Assembly: GCA_965205425.1 (NCBI GenBank)
Contig: CBDBGZ010000004.1
Span: forward strand, 192,001 to 256,000
Direction of reading: 5' to 3'
Source of the DNA: Nitrosopumilus sp.
GTDB taxonomy: Archaea; Thermoproteota; Nitrososphaeria; Nitrososphaerales; Nitrosopumilaceae
Length of the DNA: 64,000 nucleotides
Below, piece by piece: positions 20,787 through 31,045 of this stretch. Position 1 is the stretch's first letter; the number at the start of each line of letters is the position of its first letter. The position numbers and the translations under genes are program-made. The notes under the pieces were generated by a model. The model searched no databases. It saw only the letters and a program-made list of their open reading frames with translations, and was not told where the DNA came from.

Positions 20787-20866
20787 TGGTATTCTCTCCA
20801 GATTCTGGTATGACTATGGCATATGGTTCACGCTCATGGTTATCTGTATCATCGTACACATCAACC

Positions 20867-21902
20867 TGTTGTATCCCAAAATCAGTTCGTCCCTTATTTG
20901 ACATCGTATTCTTCTCCTGTCTGCTCATCAATAACTCTTGTTCTTTTCTCTGGCATCTTTCTTGCATATGCCTTTACAGGGGTCTCAAGATTATCCCAGT
21001 CAAGTGACATGTGTGGTTTGATGTGGTTGTACCAGTGGACCAGCTCATCAATGGTGCCAAACCATTTGTGCTTTCTCTGAATCTGCCGTGAAATCTTTCG
21101 AGCTTGCCATTGGTTTGAGGATGGTTTACTCTTACCATGATATGCTTTATCTCTAATTTTACCAGTTCTTGCTCAAACTGTGATGCTCCTCTTCTCTTGT
21201 ATTCTGATTGGTTTGCATAAAACTGAGAGCCATGATCAGTTAGAATTGATGCAGGCCTACCGTGCTTTGCAATTGCCTCATGTAATACCACAAGTGCGTT
21301 ATCTGTTGTTGCCTCTGCAAACACTTCATGAGAAACGATAAATCTTGATGCGTCATCCTGGTAACACAAGAACCATCTGCCATCGTCTAACTGCTTCCAG
21401 TCAGTATGCCATAGTGAGTTTGAATATGTCCTCTCGTATCTAACCCACTTTTGTCTTCTCCTCCTCTTTGGCTGAGCTTCTGCCCCCCCCCTTCATCTCT
21501 CATAATTTTGTGTATGGTATTGTGAGGTATGTGTGTTCCAGCAGTATCAATTATTTTCTCCAGGAATACTGCAGAACACCTGAACTTTTCAAATGTAGAC
21601 TGGACAGTCTGCACCATCTGCTCTGTGATTATTCCCTTTGGCCTTCTAGGCTTGCCTAGAATCGGAACTGCACCAGTACGGCGATACCGTCGTGAGTAGA
21701 GTTTCTGCACCCAACGAACAGACATCTTCATGGATGAGGCTACGTCTGTTGCGTTCTTGGCACCATCCTCTTTTGACTTTATTATCCAGGATATCTGGAT
21801 TGGATCTAACTTTTGCATAATCTTGTGATTCTTTCCTCTTTTCCAAACGTATCTTGACTTTAGTTTGGAAATAATGGGGTGAACTAATTTGAGGATAATA
21901 GA
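20867..21902 (-). mobile_element. IS481-family element with frameshifted transposase
   Basis: Imperfect TIRs TGTTGTATCCCAAAATCAGTTC / TCTATTATCCTCAAATTAGTTC; fragments with DDASR, TDHGSQF, PQTNGKLE; no TSD. Confidence 0.85.
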
Positions 21903-22014
21903 AGTCTTTTAATTTGTAAAAATCTTTAAAGCGATCAAGATTCTTGATATATTCTATTTTAGTTGCTTTGGATTTTATGTCATTTTCAAATAATAACAGT
22001 GATCTTTGCTTCAT
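21903..22014 (-). pseudogene. N-terminal remnant of a second tyrosine integrase
   Basis: MKQRSLLLFENDIKSKATKIEYIKNLDRF resembles FYNSIKTHATRRSYVYGLDRF of the integrase at 8681-9928. Confidence 0.65.
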
Positions 22015-22040
22015 ATTGACACTATAGAACAAATTTACTA

Positions 22041-22946
22041 GGTGATTATCAATTATTCACCACCAACACATAATCTAACAATAATGAGAAAGTATCCTCA
22101 TCTCTGTTGTTATATCTCCATTCCATCTCCTTGATGTACAACAAAAACTTTCCTGGACTTACTCCGTGATGCTTTGCCATGTTCTCTTTTGCAAAACTCC
22201 AAAACCCTTCGATTCCATTTATGTAAACATCGCCTTTACCAAACATTTTGCTGTGGTCTATTGAGAGATGCTTGTAACCATTGAAAATTAGAGAATCATA
22301 TCCTTTCCACTTGTCCGTATACACAATACTTCCTTTCTTTACTTTCTTGATGGTGCTTGCAAGAAGAGTTTTAGCTTTGACGTTGTTTACAATCTCAACG
22401 TGAACTTTTCCCTTTCTTTCCAGTATGCCAAATACGATGGTCTTGTTCTTGGCACCTCTGCCACGATTTCCCTTTCTTTTTCCTCCAAAATACGCCTCGT
22501 CAGCCTCAATTTTCCCTTTTAGTTTCTTGTCAGATTCTGCTAGATGATACAGTATGGCATATCTAATACAATCAAAAGCATTTAGTGCAGTTGGATAACT
22601 GACATCCGCTTCTCTAGCTGCACGTCTTGCACTAATCCCAAGATCAAATAGTTTGACTAGGGCCAACCATTTTGTAAAATTAATGTTGATGATATCAAAC
22701 CATGTTCCAGCAAACGGTCTATAATTTGTCTTGCAATCTTTGCATCTTAGTTTCCCTCTTGAAATAATATAGTAATTCTCAGAGTTACATGATGAACAAT
22801 GAATTGTGTTTTTCTTTTTGAATTGGTTGCAGAGAAATTCCAATGCCGTTGATTTGTTGTGAATTATTTTAGATAACTCAATTATGTTGATTGTTTTTTC
22901 CAATAATTACTCAAAAATAGTTGGTGGTAATAGGTTTACAATCACC
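22041..22946 (-). mobile_element. IS1595-family element, copy 1
   Basis: Ends GGTGATT / AATCACC; 8-bp TSD ATTTACTA; 906 bp. Confidence 0.95.
22049..22903 (-). CDS. IS1595-family transposase
   Basis: Zinc finger, EADEAYFGG, YTDKW, NGIEGFWS, EMEWRYN. Confidence 0.95.
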   Translation of the reverse strand: MEKTINIIELSKIIHNKSTALEFLCNQFKKKNTIHCSSCNSENYYIISRGKLRCKDCKTNYRPFAGTWFDIININFTKWLALVKLFDLGISARRAAREADVSYPTALNAFDCIRYAILYHLAESDKKLKGKIEADEAYFGGKRKGNRGRGAKNKTIVFGILERKGKVHVEIVNNVKAKTLLASTIKKVKKGSIVYTDKWKGYDSLIFNGYKHLSIDHSKMFGKGDVYINGIEGFWSFAKENMAKHHGVSPGKFLLYIKEMEWRYNNRDEDTFSLLLDYVLVVNN

Positions 22947-22989
22947 ATTTACTATTATACTTGCCTTGCACGTAGAAACTTTAACTTTT

Positions 22990-23601
22990 CTACTTTAGTT
23001 GATCAAGAATTGATAGACTCATCAAATTGGTCATCGTCATTCCTTTTCGATTAATATCCCGTCTAGTTTGATCACAGTATTTCTTTACACTTTGATGACT
23101 CTTTTCACTAGCAACTTCTATCACTACAATATTTTCAGAGTAAGGAAATGTAAATTTTGATGTGTTTAAGCAAAATGTGTTCATATTTCCTAATCCTGCT
23201 ATCTCAATTTTCTCTCTTTTTAGTAAAAGATTAGCAATTTCTTGTAAATCCTCACCATCATCACCATATTCTAAATAGTATACAGAGACAAAATTTGTAT
23301 CTCCCTGAACTTCTCTTTGAAAAAGATCATCTTTGATATTGAACATAAAAGAAGTTTTTTCTTGGTTGTGTGCTTCAAGATCTTTTGAAATCTGTTCACT
23401 GTCTTTGAATTTGGCTAAAATGTAATGATTTGTAGAATCTGAAAAGTATGGTTTGCTTTCAGTAGAAAAGGTACCAGTTACAAAATATAATTTTTCAATA
23501 TTTTTTGAATTAGTCCAAGTTTCTTTTAGTTCAACAGATTCATGATTATGCAAATAAGGTGCACAAACATATCCAGAATAAGACAATGCTAGTTTGGACA
23601 C
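22990..23601 (-). CDS. Hypothetical protein (probably core)
   Basis: 203-aa ORF with host-like composition. Confidence 0.75.
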   Translation of the reverse strand: MSKLALSYSGYVCAPYLHNHESVELKETWTNSKNIEKLYFVTGTFSTESKPYFSDSTNHYILAKFKDSEQISKDLEAHNQEKTSFMFNIKDDLFQREVQGDTNFVSVYYLEYGDDGEDLQEIANLLLKREKIEIAGLGNMNTFCLNTSKFTFPYSENIVVIEVASEKSHQSVKKYCDQTRRDINRKGMTMTNLMSLSILDQLK

Positions 23602-23711
23602 GATATTTTCAACATCTTTTCAGGGTATTTATGTTTATGAGATCAAAACGATCAATATCAAAAAACCACCTACGATAGTTTTTTAATAGTAGAGATCTTC
23701 GTTTTTTTTGT

Positions 23712-23838
23712 CCCGTGGTAGCTCAGCCTGGTAGAGCTTCCGGCTGTAGTTGTTGGCTTTAGATGGCTGACCGAAAAACAGCATATCAGGCATACAGAAA
23801 CCGGGTTGTCGGTGGTTCAATTCCGCCCCGCGGGACCA
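23712..23838 (+). tRNA. tRNA-Tyr(GTA) with 50-nt intron (23750-23799), encoded CCA
   Basis: Acceptor CCCGTGG/CCGCGGG, anticodon GTA 23746-23748, TTCAA T-loop, BHB pairing CTGT/ACAG. Confidence 0.95.
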
Positions 23839-23927
23839 CATATTTTTTTAAAACAATCTTAAAAATAATAAAAAGATAGACTAGTTTAAGAAAACAAAAT
23901 GAAATCTTAAATTAAGAAATTTTTTGC

Positions 23928-24122
23928 CTATGCTGATTTTTTGACTTGTTGTGCTGCTGGGCCTTTTTGACCTTCGCCTACTACAAACTCGACTTTATCG
24001 CCTTCGTTGATGAATCCGTCAACATCTGATTTGTGAACAAACAGATCGTCTCCACCTTCTCTTTCAATAAAACCAAAGCCTTTTGTTCGGTTGAACCATT
24101 TTACAGTTCCTGTTTCTGACAT
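23928..24122 (-). CDS. csp: Cold-shock protein
   Basis: GTVKWFN..KGFGFI, DLFVH. Confidence 0.96.
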   Translation of the reverse strand: MSETGTVKWFNRTKGFGFIEREGGDDLFVHKSDVDGFINEGDKVEFVVGEGQKGPAAQQVKKSA

Positions 24123-24189
24123 TACCTTGAAACAATATATTCACTATATTAACTAAAGCATCAAGATGAAATTGAGTTACAGGTGAAGA

Positions 24190-24501
24190 TCAGAAATCTT
24201 TTGCAATGTGATTATTGTCTTTAAGCCATTCAACTTGTGGAAGAGTGAATCTCCAAACAATATCTCCACGTTCACTCTCTTTAAAATCCCAAGGGGCAAT
24301 AATTACAATATCGTTATCTCTGATCCAAACTCTTCTTTTTAGCTTGCCTCTAATTCTTCCACGTCTAGTAACATTATCATCACATTTGATCATTACATTT
24401 TCTCCCCCTAGCATTTTCAATACACGCCCAAATAGTTCACCCTCTTCAGGTAATCGAATTTCTTTTAGTGCACTTTCATTTTTTACTTGGCGCTTACCCA
24501 T
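24190..24501 (-). CDS. eif1a: Translation initiation factor aIF-1A
   Basis: MLGG, RIRGKLKRRVWI, GDIVWR; likely start MGKRQ. Confidence 0.95.
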   Translation of the reverse strand: MGKRQVKNESALKEIRLPEEGELFGRVLKMLGGENVMIKCDDNVTRRGRIRGKLKRRVWIRDNDIVIIAPWDFKESERGDIVWRFTLPQVEWLKDNNHIAKDF

Positions 24502-24607
24502 AATGCTCATTATCATTATGAGCATATAACTTGTAGGGTTTTTGTAGAAACCAAATTTAGCATATTTCATTCACAAGAGATTTTTATCTAGATTTCACAA
24601 GAAAAAC

Positions 24608-25171
24608 ATGGAATTTCGATGCATCGATGATTGTTCTCAATGCTGTATTGAAAGGGAGTATTATCCAAGTAAAAAATTTGGAAAAATTGGAGTTTTGATT
24701 TTACCAGAAGAAAAAGATAGAATTGAAAAACTTGCAATAGAAAATGGAATTGAAATTAAAATTTTGCCAAGGATAGGTATTTCTGATAATAAAAATTTAG
24801 AACCAACAAAAGTTTTAGCATATCAATTAATGGGATCTGAGAAAAATGGGAACACATGTCCATTTTTAGATATAGATAGTGGTAAAAAATCACCACATGG
24901 AGGTTTCCCATGTAAAATTTACAATGAAAGACCACTTGCATGTTCAGCATATCCACTAATTGAATCAGAACCAATAACACTTGATGAAAAATGCAAGTTT
25001 TGTAAAGAAAATGGCAATGCAGATAAAAATCTAAATTCAGAAATAGAATCACTCTTAAAAATTAAAGAAAAGATGATCCCAGATTCTGGACATGTTTGGA
25101 GATATGCAACAAATGTTGGAGAGCCAGAAGATCAAGAGATGATGACATCAGGATGGATTTTAGAAGAGTAG
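24608..25171 (+). CDS. YkgJ-family cysteine-cluster protein
   Basis: C..C..CC, CPFL, C.IY..RP..C..YP. Confidence 0.88.
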   Translation: MEFRCIDDCSQCCIEREYYPSKKFGKIGVLILPEEKDRIEKLAIENGIEIKILPRIGISDNKNLEPTKVLAYQLMGSEKNGNTCPFLDIDSGKKSPHGGFPCKIYNERPLACSAYPLIESEPITLDEKCKFCKENGNADKNLNSEIESLLKIKEKMIPDSGHVWRYATNVGEPEDQEMMTSGWILEE

Positions 25172-25564
25172 GTATTCTCAAAAATAAGAATTAGTGTAAA
25201 TTCAACCAAAAATTCAAAAGGCATTACAACTTTGGTTTGATATGAGTGAAGATGCAATGGTCAAATCTAGACAAAGTTGATCAAAAGATTATTGAAATTC
25301 TCAACAACAATGCCATAACGCCATCAAAAGAAATTGCATCTGAATTAAAAAAATCTGGTCATGATGTATCAGATAGAACAATAAGAAAAAGAATTGGGAG
25401 ATTAGAAAAAAGTGGAATCATCAAAAGAATACAAAGCAGTTCTTACAGATGTAATCAGGAATTAATGAATATCAAGCAGTTTTGATGAAGATCAAGCCTT
25501 TCAAATCACTAGAAGCAGTCAAAGACTCTATCAAAGATTTCATGACTAAACTAGACAGTTATCT

Positions 25565-26708
25565 GAGACTTGGGCATAACTATTTACAAAAATAATTCTC
25601 AGTGATTCCCTAACAGCAAAGCATTCTCTTTACGGTTCTTGGATTCTCTGCACCAATTGCACAGTTGTAGTAAACTGTCAACTGATACACAAGAACACAA
25701 ATCATTACAAATGATTTGACATTGTGCAATCCCTTTACAGGCAATACTCTGATGTCAAAAATATCTTTGAGATACTCAAATAGAGGTTCAATTGAGACTT
25801 TTCTATCTGCATACAGCTCTTGACCAATTACAGAATTGTAAAACTCTACGAGTTTTATTCTCTCTGGTGGCGTATGCGGGTATTGTTTTATTGGAGTAAT
25901 TAATCTCAGATTTTTCTTGTTGCTAAATTGATGCAGTGAACCATTGTCATATGCAGGATCACATAAGATATTCTCGACAAATCCTGCAAGAGATTCAGTT
26001 AGTATTTCATACATCTTGCCGTCATGAACATTTGCAGTTGAGACATCAGCAGATAGTGGAACAACCAGTTTGCCAGTACTACAACTCATATGCAGTTTGT
26101 ACCCAAATATCCAACCCTTTGATTTTGAAAAACCCCATTTTGCATCTGTGTCAATTCCTGAGATTGGAAGTCTGTTTTGCTTCATATCTGATTTGTGCCA
26201 TACTGGACCTGCAGCTTTTAGCATTGAACTATCCACTGATGCAGATATGTCATCGACTAGTTTCTCTGATACAAACAGACTTTTCATATTACTGATTATA
26301 TCACCAATTGGCAGAACTTGGAATCTCCTGTCAATGGTTCTTCTGTTTGGGATTTGAGTTAGTCTGCAAACCTTGAGCAATTTATCATTGATACCTTTAG
26401 TCAAAAGAAAATAATGTAATGTATTGTTGCTTGGAATTCTCATCCATGACTTTATGATGGACAGATGCTGTACCATTAGAATTGTAGAGTATACGTACGG
26501 TCTACCGGGTTTCAGTATCTCTTCATACAAAGACAACATTCCCACTAAATACAAAATACCAATAAGAAATGATTCCGATAGAATCTTGCTAGGGATTTTC
26601 ATTTGTTTTGACATTACAATGAACAAAACATGATAAGATCCTTAGCTTTTTCTATTTGAATAATTTGAGAATTGACTCAAAAATTAGAATTAGTTATGCC
26701 CATGTCTC
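25565..26708 (-). mobile_element. IS982/IS5-like element, intact copy
   Basis: 18-bp TIR GAGAC(T/A)TGGGCATAACTA; 8-bp TSD AGTTATCT; 1144 bp; family assignment uncertain. Confidence 0.93.
25610..26626 (-). CDS. DDE_Tnp_1-type transposase
   Basis: VDSS, DTDAKWG..GWIFGYKLH, CDPAYD, Y..R..IEPLF. Confidence 0.92.
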   Translation of the reverse strand: MFIVMSKQMKIPSKILSESFLIGILYLVGMLSLYEEILKPGRPYVYSTILMVQHLSIIKSWMRIPSNNTLHYFLLTKGINDKLLKVCRLTQIPNRRTIDRRFQVLPIGDIISNMKSLFVSEKLVDDISASVDSSMLKAAGPVWHKSDMKQNRLPISGIDTDAKWGFSKSKGWIFGYKLHMSCSTGKLVVPLSADVSTANVHDGKMYEILTESLAGFVENILCDPAYDNGSLHQFSNKKNLRLITPIKQYPHTPPERIKLVEFYNSVIGQELYADRKVSIEPLFEYLKDIFDIRVLPVKGLHNVKSFVMICVLVYQLTVYYNCAIGAENPRTVKRMLCC

Positions 26709-26934
26709 AGTTATCTCCTAGTCTCAAACATGGAAAGGAGAATAGAACATGTTGGTTTTACTGCAAGTTAATTCTGAGAAAACAAACACATCACAAAAAA
26801 GAGTAGAGAAATTTTCTGATGAATTAATAGATTACAGAATAAATGAAATCGACATTAAAGATGTAAACATTTTGAATATGTCTCTACTTTTATTGTAACA
26901 AAGAATATTCAGATTCTGCAATATCTATTGCTTT

Positions 26935-27482
26935 TTTTAATTCATCAATCCCATATCAAAAAGTACTACGGATTCTTTATTATCTGAAAATATTTGCTTA
27001 CAACCTTTTACACCATCTTTCCCATTTTCAAAGACATGAATTTCAGAATATCCTAATTTTTCTGCAGATGTTTTTAATTTCATAGCAATTGTTTTACTGT
27101 CATCATTGATCACAATAGGTCTAGCAACCTAAATTGAGGTTTGGATAATTGTTTTAGCTTTTTGATAGGTATCTTTAGCTTTATCAAATTCACCTAAACT
27201 CAAAAGACATTTGGAAGCACAAAGTAATGCACTTTTTACATTTGTAGAATTTTTTTCATTAGAATATTTTAAAAATAAATCACTTGCTTCTTTAATTTCA
27301 TTTTCAGAATCTTTTCCTTGACGTGTTCTATATTCTCCTGCAAGCATATACAATAAAGCTGATTTTAGAAGTTCAGATTTTTTTATTGATTCAGCTTGGT
27401 TTAGTAAGAGATTATGAGCAGTGATGAATTGTTTATTTTTAAGATGAGCAAGTGCAACCTCACAATTTGTTTTAGTATCCAA
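26935..27482 (-). pseudogene. TPR-like + receiver-domain response regulator, disrupted
   Basis: TAG at 27129-27131, then in frame VARPIVINDDSKTIA...LGYSEIHVFENGKDG...LFDMGL (receiver motifs), cut short. Confidence 0.7.
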
Positions 27483-27534
27483 TAGAAATACTCAAATTTT
27501 TTTCTGTCATAAAATTTTGTAGTAATATTTTGAA

Positions 27535-28587
27535 TTAAGGATTGATTACTGCACGACCAATAATTTTTCGTGCTTTGAGATCCTCCAAAGCAGTATTGGC
27601 CTCATCAAGAGAATATCTTTTAGAAATAACTGGATTAATTACACCTTTTCTTGCAAGATCAAGAAGTTCTACCATGTCATTATAATTTCCAGTGTATGCA
27701 CCTTGAATGGTTATTGATTTTAGAGGAATTGTTACAAGAGATAATTCAAGAGAACCGCCAAATAATCCAACTAGAACAAGATTTCCACGTTTTCTTAAAA
27801 CAGCTAAACCAGTTTTTACTGTTGGTGGAGCATTTACAAAATCAATTACACTATCAGCACCTTTATCATTACATATTGAAAGAATTTTTTGAACAGTATC
27901 AGCATCTTTCGAGTTTACAGTAAAATGAGCACCCATTTCTTTTGCAGTTTCTAATTTTGCATCATCCAAATCAACACAAATAATTTTAGCATCAGTAATT
28001 TCACTGGCAATTTGAACTCCCATTAATCCTAATCCACCAGCACCTACAATTACAATAAACTCAGGAGAGTTTTGATTTGCTTTTTTGACTGCTGTATATG
28101 CTGTTAAGCCAGAACAAGCCAGAGAAGTGGCAGCATCAGGATCCACACCATCAAGTTTTGCCAAATATTTAGAGTCAGGAATTAAAGTATAATCAGCATA
28201 ACCGCCATTTTGGAAAAGACCCATAGATTTTGGTGTATCACATAGATTTTCATTTCCTACTTTACATGCAGGACATTCTCCACATCCCATCCAAGGAAAT
28301 ACCAAAACATCATCACCCACTGAAACATTAGAAACATTTTCTCCAATTTCTTCAATAGTTCCAACAATTTCATGGCCAGGTGTAACAGGGTATTTTACTC
28401 CTCTATCAGTAACTTTCAAAAATTGACCATCTCCAAGATCATATCCACCCTCCCACAAGTGTAAATCACTATGACAGACGCCTTCAGACTGTACCTTTAG
28501 TAGAACCTGAGTTCCTTGAGGATTTGGATTTTCAGATTCAGATATAGTAAGAGGTTCATTTGGGCTTGGAATTCGGGCAGATTTCAT
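27535..28587 (-). CDS. Zinc-dependent alcohol dehydrogenase
   Basis: GVCHSD, GHE, C..C..C...C, GAGGLG. Confidence 0.95.
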   Translation of the reverse strand: MKSARIPSPNEPLTISESENPNPQGTQVLLKVQSEGVCHSDLHLWEGGYDLGDGQFLKVTDRGVKYPVTPGHEIVGTIEEIGENVSNVSVGDDVLVFPWMGCGECPACKVGNENLCDTPKSMGLFQNGGYADYTLIPDSKYLAKLDGVDPDAATSLACSGLTAYTAVKKANQNSPEFIVIVGAGGLGLMGVQIASEITDAKIICVDLDDAKLETAKEMGAHFTVNSKDADTVQKILSICNDKGADSVIDFVNAPPTVKTGLAVLRKRGNLVLVGLFGGSLELSLVTIPLKSITIQGAYTGNYNDMVELLDLARKGVINPVISKRYSLDEANTALEDLKARKIIGRAVINP

Positions 28588-28618
28588 AGTAGGGATTTTT
28601 GCCCTAACAATATAAGAG

Positions 28619-29359
28619 TTGACTGGATGTGAGAAAAAAATAGAGCCATTAGATATTATTGAATATCCAAAGATGAATTATGTGAGTGAAACGCAAACTC
28701 CAGATAGTATTTCTCAAGAACCTGTGAATATTCTATTTAGTCCATCATCAGTAGTTAAAAAAGATGTTTGGGAAATTGATCTAATACAAATTTTAGATTT
28801 ACTAATTAAAATTCTAGATAAAACAGGAAAGAAAGATCTTAAAGTGGCAGGAATGGCTGCATTGTCATCATCATTAATCTATAGAATGAAAGTAGAAAGT
28901 ATTTTTGCATTACAAAAAGTAGCAATGGAGAAAAAGCCAATGCATCAAAGAACAGATGTAGATATTGAACTAATAGATATTCCATATAGACATGAATCGA
29001 CATATCCTGTATCATTAGATGATTTGTTAGGGTTATTACAAAATCTCATAGGTACTATTGCAAATCCACAATCAAGAAGAAATAAACAATTAGAGATAGA
29101 ACCAATAGAAGCACCAGACTTTCAAGAATTTTTCATCTCTCTAGAAAACATCATTGGTAAATACGAAGATTTGATTATAAAGAAAATAGGAGCAGTAGGG
29201 CATGGATTATTACAAGAAATAATAGCAGACCTTGATCAAGTAGATTCTATCAGATGTTTCTTTGCAGCATTGTTTTTGGCAAGAGACCAAAAGGTAGACT
29301 TGGAACAAGTAGAAGACGATATCAAGATTATTGTTATGAAAGAGGAATTAAAAAATTGA
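28619..29359 (+). CDS. scpA: Segregation/condensation protein A (true start probably 28673 or 28682)
   Basis: DVWEIDL, F.A.LFLA kleisin features; precedes scpB. Confidence 0.85.
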   Translation: MTGCEKKIEPLDIIEYPKMNYVSETQTPDSISQEPVNILFSPSSVVKKDVWEIDLIQILDLLIKILDKTGKKDLKVAGMAALSSSLIYRMKVESIFALQKVAMEKKPMHQRTDVDIELIDIPYRHESTYPVSLDDLLGLLQNLIGTIANPQSRRNKQLEIEPIEAPDFQEFFISLENIIGKYEDLIIKKIGAVGHGLLQEIIADLDQVDSIRCFFAALFLARDQKVDLEQVEDDIKIIVMKEELKN

Positions 29360-29378
29360 TAAATAAAGAGGATGTAAA

Positions 29379-29951
29379 ATGGTAAAAGTTGAGAATTTAG
29401 TAGAAGCAACTGCCAGAATAGAGGCAGCACTGTACTCTGCAGGAAGACCATTACGAATTGAAGACATCATTAGAGCTTCAGGCACAGAATCTAGAACAAA
29501 AACACTAGATTTACTCAGCGACATTATGAAAAAGACAAAGTCAGCATTCAAAGCATTAGAAATAGTGATACTTCCAGATGGATCCTATGTAATGCAATTA
29601 AAACCAGAATACAGTGCAACTGTCAAAAGATATGCTTCAAAACCAGTTCTTCCAAATGCTACACTAAAGACATTATCTTACATTGCTTACAGTCAACCAA
29701 TTTCATCAAAACAATTAGTTGAAACAAGAGGATCTGGGGTTTATGCACATCTCAAAGAATTAAGACAGTTAGATTACATTAGCCATCAAAATGTAGGTCG
29801 ATTAAAAATTTACACAACAACAGAAAAATTCCAAAAATATTTTGGTATTCAAGGAGATGTGGAAGATCTAAAACAAAGATTATTCTCCAAAGTAAGAAAA
29901 ACAGCAAACAGACAAACAGTCACGTCCCCAATTGCTACAGAAGTAAACTAA
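29379..29951 (+). CDS. scpB: Segregation/condensation protein B
   Basis: IEAALY, TLSYIAY.QPI, TTEKF..YFG. Confidence 0.93.
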   Translation: MVKVENLVEATARIEAALYSAGRPLRIEDIIRASGTESRTKTLDLLSDIMKKTKSAFKALEIVILPDGSYVMQLKPEYSATVKRYASKPVLPNATLKTLSYIAYSQPISSKQLVETRGSGVYAHLKELRQLDYISHQNVGRLKIYTTTEKFQKYFGIQGDVEDLKQRLFSKVRKTANRQTVTSPIATEVN

Positions 29952-30019
29952 GGCAATTTTTTAACTCAAGGCTAATTTTTTGCGTTTTGTATAAATTAGA
30001 GTAATTCAGACATCATTTC

Positions 30020-30403
30020 GTGAGAAAATCCGTAGAGAACTTGGCAACTAGTAAAATTACTGGAGGAAGAAGAGTTCCACTAAGAATCAGAAGAAAATAC
30101 GAAACTGATAGATATCCAAACGAGCCAATCAACGGAGCTCAAGTTACAGTTACAAGAAGAATTAGAGGTAATAACAAAAAAACAGCTTTAAAATCAATTG
30201 ACTTTGTTAATTTAGCAACAGGTGAAGCTAAAGTAAAGAAATCAAAAATTATCAAAGTGTTAGAAAATGCTACAAACAATGATTACAAAAGACGTGGCAT
30301 CATTACAAAAGGTGCAATACTTGAAACAGCAGAAGGAAAATGCAGAGTGGTTTCAAAACCAGGACAAAACGGAATCGTTAACGCAATTTTACTAAAGGAA
30401 TAA
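30020..30403 (+). CDS. rps8e: 30S ribosomal protein S8e
   Basis: KITGGR, RGIITKGAI, SKPGQNG. Confidence 0.96.
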   Translation: MRKSVENLATSKITGGRRVPLRIRRKYETDRYPNEPINGAQVTVTRRIRGNNKKTALKSIDFVNLATGEAKVKKSKIIKVLENATNNDYKRRGIITKGAILETAEGKCRVVSKPGQNGIVNAILLKE

Positions 30404-30404
30404 A

Positions 30405-30704
30405 ATGAAAGATTACGAGCATGTCGTAATCTGGTTGGATTATTTCAACAAGAATTTAAAAAAATCTAAAGGAAGACGATTAGGATTAGAAAAATGTGTT
30501 TTTGATCCTTCGTTAAAAGAATTATCTGATGCAACAAAAGCAAGCGGATTAGAAATTACAGAGATAGATGACAAAGTGAGATTTCCAAAAAAGCCGTTTG
30601 TAAGGTCAGGCTATGTTATTGTACCAAAAGGATCCTCTAAGACAAAAATTCTTAACAAAATTTCTGAAAAGTTAGTGGCAAAAAGATTCAAACAGTCAAA
30701 ATAA
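30405..30704 (+). CDS. srp19: SRP19 protein
   Basis: VIW..YF..GRR...P motif. Confidence 0.88.
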   Translation: MKDYEHVVIWLDYFNKNLKKSKGRRLGLEKCVFDPSLKELSDATKASGLEITEIDDKVRFPKKPFVRSGYVIVPKGSSKTKILNKISEKLVAKRFKQSK

Positions 30705-30778
30705 AATGAATTCTAGCTCTTAGCTAAAGTAAAGTTGACAGAAGTCTATGAAAAGAATACAATAATTAGTAATTCTAA

Positions 30779-31045
30779 TTGCAGGAGGTAGGCGAAATAA
30801 TGCACCTAGCCGGTAGTGGCAGGGTAATCATTCAACTATCAACAGAATTAGTTGAAGGACAAATACTCTGTGACGAAAAGGGAACTAGAGTTGCAAAAGT
30901 AAATGAACTAATAGGTCCAGTAAAAAGACCGTTTGCGTCAGCAACGCCATTAACAAACAATATTAAAAAATACATTGGCAAAAATGTTTTCGCATCTCAA
31001 GAATCTCCTGCTAACAAACCAAAAAAATTTAGGAGAAGAAAATAA
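30779..31045 (+). CDS. gar1: H/ACA RNP protein Gar1
   Basis: LIGPVKRPF motif; between srp19 and tfb. Confidence 0.85.
   Translation: MQEVGEIMHLAGSGRVIIQLSTELVEGQILCDEKGTRVAKVNELIGPVKRPFASATPLTNNIKKYIGKNVFASQESPANKPKKFRRRK

Larger units (their letters stand above)
25246..26898 (+). pseudogene. Lrp/AsnC regulator, frameshifted and interrupted by an IS
   Basis: LDKVDQKII..L..NA.TP..EIA..VSDRTIRKRI..LEKSGII HTH; frame break near 25425; IS at 25565-26708; 3' end approximate. Confidence 0.8.

Noticed and set aside
19476..21902. Serpin as a passenger gene inside the IS481 element
   Set aside because: The IS right TIR lies at 20867-20893, upstream of the serpin; ORF 20779-20967 is a chimera of IS sequence and a gene remnant
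21646..22032. 128-aa ORF as a real gene
   Set aside because: Fusion of the integrase stub with IS481 end sequence
23712..23838. tRNA-Tyr as integration site of the 13.7-23 kb island
   Set aside because: No duplicated tRNA fragment found, and a probable core gene lies between them
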